Source of the DNA: Eledone cirrhosa
Lineage: Eukaryota
Direction: 5' to 3'
NCBI GenBank assembly: GCA_964016885.1
Contig: OZ024741.1
Coordinates: 146,754,001-146,818,000, forward strand
DNA length: 64,000 bases
Under the pieces are notes generated by a model. That model was not told the DNA's origin. It searched no databases and saw only the letters and a list, made by a program, of their open reading frames with translations. The translations under genes were made by a program, and so were the position numbers. Every line of letters begins with the position of its first letter. The first letter of the stretch is position 1. This document shows positions 21,331 through 32,333 of this stretch, piece after piece.

Positions 21331-23075
21331 GGATGCACTTCCTATCACCAACCTCATTTACATGGAGTGCTAGGTGCTTTTTTTCCATGACGCCTACACG
21401 ACCACTTTACAGTGTGGGCTTGGTGCTTTTTTGCCGTGGCACCTCCACAACCACTTTGTAATGGGAGGGGTTGGGGGCATATTATCTATATCCTTCAGCT
21501 TTGGCTTGTACCTGTGGGAACTCAGGTCTTCTGTATTACTGCATGATGCTAGAGCTCACGGTCCTGTGTCATTGCCTTTGAGAGGTGCAATTGGGTAAGG
21601 TCGGCTTTTATCACCTCATCCCAGGTCTTCTTGGGTCTCCCCACTCCATGGTTTCCATCGACGTCTAGTGCTCTGCACCTTTTTATGCAGCTATCATCCT
21701 TCTTATGCATCACATGTCCATACCAACGCAACCTCCTCCTCTGCACACAGCACTTGATTCCTCTTATGCTCACTCTCTCTCTCAATTTGTTTATGCTTTG
21801 CCGTTCGCGTATATTACTATTACACATCCATTGGAGCATGCAGGCTTCGTTTCTTTCTATACTATGCAAGTCTTCTACAGACAACGCCCAGGTCTCACTA
21901 CCATGTAACATTACTGTTCGTATGCACGCATCATACAGTCTGCCTTTCATTTTGAGGGAAAAGCCTTTTGCAGCTAGCAATGACAGTAGCTCCCTGAACT
22001 TCTTCCACACTGTTTTTACCCTGGTTACTGTACTTTTCAAACATTCACCTCCACTGCTAATTCAATCAGTTGAGTAGCAAAAGCTGTCTTCTGTTTCTAC
22101 AGAGCCCTCCCAGAGTTTGGTGGTGCTTGTTTCCTTTGGCTGTTTGCTGCTTGCTGTCCTGATGCAACTCCTAAATTTAAAGCCTACATTCTTAGCTAAG
22201 CTTCCTGAGATCCCACTACATCTCTTGTGTACCCATTGTTTGCATTTGGGGCAGAGGATGGAGTTTCTACCTACACCTTTCCTACATACTGAGCAAGGCC
22301 ATTTCCCTGAGGAGAACAGAGTTCTGTTTTCTCGTCTACTTACAAGGATCTTAGTCTTTGTCAGGTTGAATTTGAGACCCTTTCTTTCTAGTCCCTGCTT
22401 CCATGTTTGGAATGTCTTCTCTAGTTCCACCATAGATTCAGCTATAAGTATGAGATTATCCCCATATAGGAGGTCCCATGGGCATCTGGTCTTAAACTCC
22501 TCTGTTATTACCTTAAATACTAACATGAGAGGGCTAAGAACAGAGCCCTGGTGGACACTGACCTGTATGCTAAATTCCTCGCTATAGTCATTGCTAACCC
22601 TAACTTCGCTGACTGCTCCCATATACATGGCTTGTACAGCTTTCACAAGCCATTCATCTACACCTAGTTTTCTAAGAGCCCACCAGATTATAGCATGGAG
22701 CACTCTGTCAAAGGCTTTTTCCAGATCGACAAATGCCTGGTAGAGCAGCTTACTTTTAACTAGGTACTTTTCCTGTAACTGCCTCACAAGGAAGAGGGCA
22801 TCAGTGGTACCTTTTTCTGGCACAAACCCAAATTGCATCTCATCTAGTTTTACCCAGTCTCTAATTAACTGTGCTATAACTCTTTCCGTTACTTTCATGA
22901 CCTGGTCCATCAGCTTTATATCTCTATAGTTTCCTCTATCTAGTGCATCACCTTTACCCTTGTAGCAGTCAGTTAATAATGATGTTGCTGCACTAATCCT
23001 TTGGTATGACACCCTATAGTATTACCTGGTTACTATACGTGTGGTTATTGTGTGACCTACCAACCCATTGCCTAA
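21331..23075 (-). mobile_element. Degenerate subfamily C RTE body
   Basis: ORFs 21549..22040 and 22062..23012 encode RT/PHD; YADD is mutated to YGDN. Confidence 0.9.
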
Positions 23076-23351
23076 ACACGAGAAATGAATTCTCCACACG
23101 TCTGGAACACCTCTTACATAACTACAAAGTTCCGGATTGAATTACAACAACATCCTAATTTTCTTATCAACTAGAAACTTTCGGACTTTCGCATGCAAAT
23201 TTAGTATTGCCTGTGTGAAGTGATCATTTCTGCGCACGCGCGTTAGTACGGTTGTCCTTCCTGTACCGTATAACCATGTCCATTACGAGTTGAGGATCCG
23301 CTAAGGTGAAACAATTGTTCTCGGTATGGTGACCTAACTGTTGTGTAACCA

Positions 23352-23403
<52 letters not shown>

Positions 23404-23616
23404 TATATATATATACATATAAATATACATATACATATATATACATGTATGTACATATACATATATACATATATGTATTTATATGTACATATATATATAT
23501 ATATATATAATTTCAAGTTATCAATAATGTAGTAATAATATATCGTCACATTAGAGATGACAGCGTACGTGTAGGTTTGCTCAACGAGTATAAATTATAT
23601 TCCGGAGAAAATGTAA

Positions 23617-24297
23617 AAAAGATGAATATAAAATGAAAGTGCTTTTTTAAAAGGAATTTATTAGGTATTGACATATGTTTCTGTAACAGACGGAATACCT
23701 ATGTATCGCTGCTTGCGTAATCATATAATATTAGCACGTAATCGATAGCAAATGTATAATCAGTTGTCACTTCTTCAGAGATATTTGATAAATTGGAAAA
23801 ATCAAAGTATTTATATTAGTCGTAAGAAAGGAAGAGGAAAGGGGAAAGTATATCACAGATGGCAATTCAATTTGCTGGTAAACAAGTGTATAGAATGTTT
23901 TTAATGAGAATACAATGTGTATATGGCTTATTTTATCTAAATAAGTATTTTTGGGAGTGCCGATTTTAATTTATATTTGACCAGTTGAACAATGGACAGG
24001 GCTGGTAGCTTGATGTGGCAGTATTAATACAGATATAAGGTGTCAAGTAAGGAAGAGAGATTTTTACTGCTACTGTATAACATCAATGCTGGTAGCCTGT
24101 TGGTATATGCTTTAGGGAATTGAATTGAGAAATCTTATTTTATCTATAGCATTTTATATTAAGTGATATAATATTACGTGCTAATATTATATGATTACGC
24201 AAGCAGCGATACATAGGTATTCCGTCTGTTACAGAAACATATGTCAATAACTAATAAATTCCTTTTAAAAAAGCACTTTCATTTTATATTCATCTTT
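23617..24297 (-). mobile_element. Penelope-like remnant: ~125 bp inverted duplication with degenerate hammerhead
   Basis: 23617-23742 is the reverse complement of 24173-24297. Minus strand has CUGAAGA-aGUGACA...UGUUACa-GAAACAUAUGUC at 23670-23778. Confidence 0.55.
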
Positions 24298-24395
24298 TCT
24301 ATATATATATATATATATATAAAGATAACTTTGATAGGTTTTTGCCGTATTGTCCCAGGTCACTTCTAACTTAGTAGCACCACACACACACAACA

Positions 24396-24450
24396 CATCA
24401 TCAACATCATCATCGTTTTACGTCCGCTTTTCCCTGCTTGCAAGGTTGGA

Positions 24451-24452
<2 letters not shown>
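24396..24452 (-). mobile_element. Extremely truncated subfamily B RTE 3' end (stem-loop + tail only)
   Basis: ttttacgtccgcttttccctgcttgcaagg is identical to the 17234-17263 region. Confidence 0.8.
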
Positions 24453-24483
<31 letters not shown>

Positions 24484-25759
24484 CAACATAAACATAAACA
24501 GGTAATCAAGTTTTGTTGGGCTCTGAGCACCCACTCATTCAACCTATCATCAGAAAAATTAAAACAAAGATGGCTGCCTAGAATTGATTGTGCTTTCCCT
24601 TTAGGAATATATCATGAAAGTTAAAACAAGAGCAGGTAATTTAGAAATTATTTAGAAAAAGGTTGTTTTTTTTTATAATTAGTGCTCTTACCCCTGGATA
24701 TTTCCACCTAACTTTTATTACTGTGTATCTGTATATACATATATATGTATTTATTTTTCATATATACATTTTCATATATTATTTTTTCATATATATATAT
24801 AAAGAATTTAGTCCAAAAATAGTCGTCGAAACGGTTTGAGCTCTGCCGTCCTGGTTAAACATTTTCCTATATATATATATTTACATGTATGTGTGTTTAT
24901 ATATTGTAAACACTTCTTGTAAGTCATTAAGAATAAATCCCTGGAGATTTTATCTTGTCATGAATCTCTATTCTTTATTATTAGCACCATAACAACAAAG
25001 CTTTAATGATCAAATTACATTTTAGAATGGAGCTGAGATTATCAATACCTAATATGGTTTCTTTCACAAAATTCTACTACAAATATGGTTATGATGATGG
25101 TGCCAAGCAACGACATTTAGAAAATATCAGTACTTGACAAACTACTGCAACAAAGATTGTATTTGTTGTTGCCATTGTTTTATTCAACAAAATAACCACA
25201 ATTTTCTAGTAAGAGTATATAGTCGACTAAATTCATCCCTGTATATAACTGGTATCTATATTTATGCCACTTGGAAGATGGAAGCTAAAATTGACTTCTC
25301 AGCGTTTAACCCATACTAGTAAGGAAAACAGATAGTAATGATGATTATGAAATATATTCTATTTCAATTAATTAATGAAACATTTAAAGATATTTAGTAC
25401 AATTTCCAATTATTTCATTATATTAAGAAAGTAATTCAACATATGGTTCAACATAAGATTTTAATTCAAATAAGAACCCTTTAAATGAGTGGTTTGTTTC
25501 ATAGAAACAGAGCTAGTTTTCATTGGGTTGGAATTTAAAGAGTTAAAGTCAGAACACAAAAGATATTTTTAATAAAGATTAGCACACAGCCTCATAAACA
25601 AATTACAATTATAATAAAAGTTAAGGTAAAATCAATCCAAACATCTTAAACTTTATCTCTGAAACAATTTCTTGACTAATTGGCATGAAGTCATTTTTTT
25701 AATGTTTTTTTCTTGCAACAATCAACTTGTAAACATTTAAGAAGAACATTATATTGATC

Positions 25760-25857
25760 GCCGAGGTTGACTTTGTCTTTCATCCTTACGGGGTCGATAA
25801 AATAAAGTACCAGTAATGCAGTGGGTAATTACTGGCCTTGTGCCTAAAGTAGAAACA
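25760..25857 (+). mobile_element. 5'-truncated tRNA-SINE (family 1) with 12-bp TSD
   Basis: SINE core and 3' end flanked by attatattgatc at 25748-25759 and 25858-25869. Confidence 0.85.
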
Positions 25858-27394
25858 ATTATATTGATCTTATAAAGGTCCTGTGAAGCCCATGAACATG
25901 ACACTTCCCCTAGACCAAACTTATAAAAAAAAGTATATAATTATAATGAAACGCTCCACCATCTACTTAATGAAATATATTTTCATTAACATCATATTTC
26001 AAAATCATATCAATTGCAATGGAGATTTAACAATTTACTATATAATACAAACAGCAATAATAATGAGTGTTTTAAGGCTATTTTTCCTGCTAAAGAATAG
26101 CATAGCTACGCAAAACCTATAACAGATTTCATACTCAACATGAGATCCTTTTTAAGGCAATGTTTTACAGCCAGATACCCTTCCTAGTGCCAACATTTTT
26201 TGTTGCTTCTTCTGAAATGTACCTATTGTGAATTGGATAGACATAGAAAGCAATTTATCAGATGATAATGATAATTTAAATCCAAAGAAAACAGAATAAT
26301 TTAAAATCAAATCTGATAGAAAACTTCTTGTCATAAAGTTAAAACAGTAAACTTTTTAGAAAACTCACGAGAATTTGATGTATGGAATGGAAATATGAAA
26401 CAAAATAGTGATACATAATTTGTGTATTTCTGCAAATGTACATTAGAGTAAATTTCTTGTAAAATAAATTCTATATAGAAGTTAATAATGATCGCATTTC
26501 ACAGTTCTTGTTATTTTCTTTTTTCTTTTTGTGGAGAAGTTTTAAAACAATAATCAAATTAAAAATGGTAACTATAAAAACAGTTTGTGAAAGAAAGCCT
26601 TTTTCCATAATGGTAATAAACAAATTCCAAAATGGAAATAATAGACCTAAGCTCCATATCTCCATATTGTATTTGAATCTAAACTTTTAGAAGTCAGGTT
26701 AATATTTATAACAGAACTATATACACACACACGTGTGCCTGTGTGTGTATGTGCATATATCCTCATCATTATATATGTCATATATATACATATATAATGA
26801 TGATGTTTGTCTGTTTTATTCTTGAATTATGTGTGTGTGTGTGTGTGTGTGTGCATGAGTGGTGGGTGATTTATGCATTATGCAGTTTTGAATCATATCA
26901 ATAATTTGAGTAAGAAATCATTGCTGTATAATAAAAAGAAATGCATGTTCTTTTTTGTTTTTGTTTTTCTTGGGGGGGGGTGTATAAGGGAGCTGGAATG
27001 GGTGGGCTGGGGGACGTTTTTATAAAACGGCATATTGCTGCATAGCGTTGCTTGGGATACATAATCCAGAGCAGTGAAGAGTGTTTATTAGATGTAGTGA
27101 ACATGGAATATTATCATTAATTCTGCATCAATTCTTCACAGAACAATGTCTGGGAGAATATAACCAACCGATAATGATAAAGGAATTCACAGAAAAATTG
27201 AATAAACTACTACTACAACTACCAAGATACCAGAATGAATACCACTTTATCTAAAAAGCTTTCTTTCTATCATTTAACAGAGAACAGACCTTCAGGAACT
27301 ATGATTAGCATATATGGATATTTATCATGCTTAAAACAAAAACACCCATTGGTAGTTTTAAATTCCGTTCCATGTCATTCCATATTTGGCTGAA

Positions 27395-27535
27395 AAATAT
27401 GTTCCAGGAGTTCCAAGTAGAAGGTAACTGCAGAAAAGGAAGAGTTAGAGCAGAAGGGGTGAGAGCTGATCTCAGAAGGCTGAACTTCACAGTGGAGAGG
27501 GCGACGGAATGTGACAGATGGCGGAAAGCTGAGCC
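27395..27535 (+). mobile_element. Old RTE C-terminal remnant
   Basis: QEFQVEGNCRKGR...EGVRADLR...DRW resembles the subfamily B C-terminus. Confidence 0.6.
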
Positions 27536-28329
27536 GAGCTGGAGAAGATTCCTCAAATCGATGAAAGCATAGTGACATTCAATGCACATATGAGTGATAT
27601 TCAAATAACTGCCTCAAAGGGTTCCTTTCCCAGGTGTAATGCAATTCTCCCAATTTGGTGGAGGAAAACAACAGTTCATGAATCAAGCACCCTGAAGATA
27701 CCAATGGTGGCTGACTGATAGAAAAAGTGAATTACAATACATTATTAATATGAATCATTATTAAGAAGAAAAGTTATGCTTACTCTTTAATTCTTAATTA
27801 TGTACATATGGACACGTAACTCCTGATGGAATCATTGGGGAGCTGTTGTATTGCAGTGTTTCTGGGGTGCTGTTGTATCACAGTAAGTCTCGGACACTTT
27901 AAACTTGGCAGATCTCCCCTCTCCATGTCTAAATATAACCATATTCATCCAGAAAAGAGGAGATAAAATGAGAAAGAGATATAGAGGAAGAACCTACCCT
28001 AGTATCAGACTGGTATATTTTTATCAACTTCATAAAGATGAAAAACAAGGTTAACCTCAGAAAGCAGAGTGAGCTAGAATACAAAGCATTCTAGTCAATG
28101 TTCTAACAACTCTGCCACTCCGCCACGTTAATTCTTTATTACATTTTCTATAAATATCCTGACATTGTGGTGTTCTTCAATTGACAGTATTTATTGATAG
28201 TAGCTCATGACATCATGGATATTATAATTTGGTGAACTTTAACAATATGATATTAGAGATTGCTTTAGCAGTCTACAAGGATGATTTCTGTTTTCATCTA
28301 TACAAAACATTCTTTTTTTCTTTTCATTC

Positions 28330-28705
28330 TTTTACTGATTTCAGTAATTAGATTGTGACCATGCTAGGGCATCATCTTAAAGTTGATCATATCAACTCCA
28401 GTGCTTGTTTCATCTAAATCTTTTTGTTGAATTGCTAAGATACAGAACATACACTATACACATAGACTTCCACCCCATATATATAGAGAGAAACAGACAG
28501 ACAAACACATATATACATATAGATATATACATAGATAAATAGATGATGGGCTTCTACAGGGTTCTGTGTAACAAATTTCTCTTATAAGGCATTAGTCAAC
28601 CCAAGGCTATAATAGAAGACACTTCTCCAAAGTGTTGCACATGTTTGCAAAGCCACATGTTTGCAAAGTGAACTCCATAAACACACAGCCTAAGCCTGCA
28701 CCTAT
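28330..28705 (-). mobile_element. Old SINE-like interspersed repeat (family 3); related copies at ~39320-39670 and ~62540-62780
   Basis: Shared motifs such as aaattt..tcacaaggc and ggctata(g/a)ta.aagacactt at the three loci. Confidence 0.55.
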
Positions 28706-29009
28706 ATTCTTGTACAAATAAATAGTTTTTTTTAAATTTGGCCAAATAAGGTTGTAATGTTCTGCATAGCACATATCTCAACCTTGACTATCTACTTCCT
28801 CCCAAAGATCCATGTAGCCAACAACACTGGTCACCCCAACAACTTTGCCTGTAAGTCTGGTTTCATGTTTCAAGCAATATAAATGATTGTAAACATAGAA
28901 GAAAATTTGGTTTTGTTTGTTTGTTTCTTTCTTTCTTTTCTGGCAGAAAATCACAAAATGTTGAGGAAGCAAATGAAAATATCAAAAAGATTCTTATCAA
29001 TGAAACTAT

Positions 29010-29237
29010 CCACAACACCATCGCCAACACCATCACTATCACCATCATTGCCAACATCATCATCAACACCCTCGCCATACCCAACACCATCATCACCATC
29101 ATCATGGCCATATCAGCATGATCACCAGCACCACCATCACCACCAACAGCATCATTATCATGACCCACATTACCACCACCATAACCACCAATACCTACAT
29201 CATCACCACAACCACCATAGCCATCATCATCATCATT
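29010..29237. repeat. Degenerate (CAT/CAC/CAA)n trinucleotide tract
   Basis: Directly visible; it explains the His/Thr/Met-rich spurious ORFs. Confidence 0.85.
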
Positions 29238-29522
29238 AGTGAAAACCATTTGGTTTCTTCTATAAATTGAATAAATTTATAATAAATCTTAGCAGGAAGT
29301 TCAAAGTTAAATTAGACAAAATACTGAAGCCATTATCCAATGAAAGTCCAATTAGGCCATATAATTACATTTAATTACTGTAGCTTATTAATATATTTAA
29401 AATTATTGTTAGATTATTCAAAACAAAGATAACTGGTACAGAAACAAAATGAATGTAGTGTCGTACTCACAGGCAAGGATGAATGCTATATATGTATATT
29501 TATGTATGTATGTATGTATGTA

Positions 29523-30085
29523 CAATCTGTCTCATGGTCGGGTCGTTGGCGACTAAACTGGGAACCCCACCAAGGTTTCTTGGTGAGGAGGGTGACTTTG
29601 GACATCCTGCAGGACTAAAAACAAAACCTGTCAAAGGGCAAAAGAGCTCTTAAGAGTCAATGGCCATCCAAAATCACCGGGAGAGATGATCCCTTAGCTT
29701 TTGTCAAGGCAGAATTCTAGGAGAAGGAAAACTCTGATATAACACCTGCAACCCTGATGGTATCCAATGATGTTGACTTGTTCTTCTTTTCGGTAAATAT
29801 CATCTTGGTCAAGAGAGTGGGACTGGCTTTGTTCAGTGCCTTTTCTCACTATAAAAGCTTCACGGCACAGGCATTGCTTTATATCTGGAGATCTCTCTGC
29901 ACTTGTCGTCACATGGTACCATGTGCCCAGCACTGTGTCAATAATTGTCACAAGTGTAGTGTTTGTACCAGAGTTTTCAAGTCGCTGGCTGGACTAAAAA
30001 GTCACACTCGTTCAGCGCATCTGTAGGGGTTCTCCTACATGGATATAAAGTAGTGGCATACTCGAAAACGAGTTGGCAGCCACCA
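29523..30085 (+). mobile_element. Bipartite non-autonomous RTE-derived element (5'UTR + 3' end encoding a C2H2 finger) with (TATG)n tail
   Basis: RTE-type 5'UTR motif tctaggagaaggaaaactctga (~29715). CSVCTRVFKSLAGLKSHTRSAH* at 29955-30026. 3' stem-loop at 30053-30083. (TATG)n on both flanks. Confidence 0.65.
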
Positions 30086-30171
30086 TGTATGTATGTATGT
30101 ATGTATGTATGTATGTATGTATGTATGTATGTATGTGTGTGTATGTATGTGTGTGTGTGTGTGTGTGAAGA

Positions 30172-30295
30172 TACATGGCTTATTTGTTAGGGTTTTCAAA
30201 TCACAATCACAAAGTTATGAGTTCCATTCTTCAGGATATGGTGTGTCCTTGAACAGGACACTTTACTTTATATTGTGTCAGTCTTCTCAGATGGA
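30172..30295 (+). mobile_element. Old tRNA-derived SINE (family 2, CORE/V-like gtgtccttgaacaggacactt); related minus-strand copies at ~32750-32840 and ~41440-41540
   Basis: Degenerate A/B boxes followed by a gtgt(c/t)cttga(a/g)ca(a/g)gacac motif. Confidence 0.5.
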
Positions 30296-30334
30296 AAAAA
30301 AAGTTATTTATACCTTTATACACTGCATCACCCT

Positions 30335-30436
30335 CCGCTGAGGTTAACTTTGCCTTTCATCCTTACGGGGTCGATAAAATAAAGTACCAATAATGCACTG
30401 GGTAATTGCTGGCCTTGTGCCAAAAGTAGAAACAAT
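30335..30436 (+). mobile_element. 5'-truncated SINE (family 1)
   Basis: gaggttaactttgcctttcatccttacggggtcgataaaataaagtacc...gtagaaacaat. Confidence 0.85.
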
Positions 30437-30821
30437 CTATCTGAGAACTAAATTAAGAGTATATATGTCAGTGGATTGCTCAACCATTTGCCCATTAACT
30501 CTTTAGCATTTACATTACTCCATACTTACTATTGTATTTTCACGGTAATATTGAATATTGAATAATATTGAATCTATAAGATTTCAATATTATTCATTTT
30601 GAGAACAACACTATAACATTAGTATGAGTGGCTGGTTACAGCCAATTTGAACAGAAAAACTTGAGGGAATTCTGGCTGGATACAGTGAGGTTAAATGCTA
30701 AAGGGTTAATTTCATAAGCAGGCTTATGTTGTCAGAAAAAATGTAAGATTCATCAGGGTCAACACACACACACACACACACACATACATACACAACATAC
30801 ACACACATACACATGTATATT

Positions 30822-31105
30822 ATCATTTCCATCGTTTTTACGTAGATCTTTCCATGTTGTATGTTCTGTGGTACCAACATAACTTTACAGAGAAAGCGTG
30901 GTGTGGGCAGAAGTGGGAGGATGGAGTAGGGGTTGTGGGCTGTATATTGAGTTAAGAGGTGTCTACTGACTGTGGGTTTAAGTTCATACGTAAGGGAAGG
31001 CGGGTCTTCTGTATTACTGCTTAGCGCCAAAGATCTCAATCCAGTGACATTGTCTTAGAGAGGTGTAAGTGTGCAAGGTCAGTTTTTATCCCATCTTCCC
31101 AACAT
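30822..31105 (-). mobile_element. Subfamily A RTE 3' fragment with internal deletion
   Basis: Similar to 18820-19050. Confidence 0.75.
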
Positions 31106-31507
31106 ATATATGGTATCTCAGCATGCCTACAGCCTGGGACAGGTTAGGGAATAAAAGTGAGAGTAAAAGAATATATATGTATATAAGTATATGATCGCAT
31201 GGTGGAAGGGTGCACATTTAATTTCTATCTTTATCCAGGATAGTATAGGTAATACGGTTATAAAAATAGACTCCATGATGTGTGTGTGATGTCTGTCAGC
31301 GGCTCCATACGGCTAACATTGGCTATAGCAAAGAAATAGCCATAATTTGATTGCTATTGTGTTTCAAACTTTATGCAAGGGAAATTCAAGAGCTGTAATA
31401 CTTGGGACTTTAAGGAAGTCAATGAAATTGAAGCTCATATAGATCAATCTTTGCAAACAATATATATATGTATGTGTGTATATATCTATATATATCTATA
31501 TATACAT

Positions 31508-31770
31508 ATATTAATTCAAAATATTAACAAAATAGATATTCTTTTGATCAAGTATGTTTTATTATACATATTTCAGAGGTACTGAGTTAAGTTCAACAGT
31601 ACGTCCTCATCAGATAAAATAAGATGATGCATGACATACCCTGACATAGTAGATGGTTAAGATTCAGTTATGGTAGGACTACCATGACTGAATCTTAACC
31701 TCTGAAATATGTATAATAAAATATACGTGATCATAAGAATATCTATTTTGTTAATATTTTGAATTAATAT
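31508..31770 (-). mobile_element. Penelope-like remnant: ~73 bp inverted duplication, hammerhead and 22-bp-arm palindrome
   Basis: 31508-31580 is the reverse complement of 31698-31770. Palindrome at 31655-31700. Confidence 0.6.
31557..31619 (-). ncRNA. Type I hammerhead ribozyme (Penelope-type, minimal stem III)
   Basis: UUUUAU-CUGAUGA-GGAcGUACUG..CAGUACcUCU-GAA-AUA UG UAU-A^-AUAAAA. Confidence 0.75.
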
Positions 31771-32080
31771 TAATAAATCTGGAAAACCTTTTTGTTAGTT
31801 GAGTGCTTCCAATCTATTGTAAAACTCATTCTTTGATGTATTCATTGAACCTTGTTTAACTTTTAAATATATATAAACATATATATATATAGTGGTAGAA
31901 CACTGGAAGGTAATATCTATAGTGGTAAAGCACTCAGTCCGTGGGACGAGTTAGGTAGAAGTGGTTACACAACAGTTAGTTCCCCATACCGAGAACAATT
32001 GTTATATATATATATATATATATATATAATCAATCAAACAACCCCCACACACACTTCCAATTAAAATAAACAATGCTTAC

Positions 32081-32140
32081 CTCTGTTTCTAAACTTTCTA
32101 ATACTTCAGATATCCACTGACCAACATTTCTCCAAAATGG
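32081..32140 (-). other. Candidate 60-nt coding exon (PFWRNVGQWISEVLESLETE)
   Basis: Minus strand shows a T-tract, CAG acceptor, 20 open codons and a GAG|GTAAGC donor. No homology recognised. Confidence 0.3.
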
Positions 32141-32275
32141 CTGACAGAATACTCTTGTGAGTTAAAAAAAAAAAAAAAATTTCTTTTCCTTCCTCTTTTC
32201 ACTCTCTATCAAGTGTTAAACTAATTTATTTCTTCGTTGCTTTGAGTCATTTGCTTATTTGCTTTGTTATTTATG

Positions 32276-32333
<58 letters not shown>

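Noticed and set aside
11780-22587. Numerous antisense ORFs overlapping LINE copies
   Set aside because: Shadow frames of the RT coding sequence with no independent motifs.
28863-29249. His-rich and Gly/Asp-rich ORFs
   Set aside because: Translation of a degenerate trinucleotide microsatellite.
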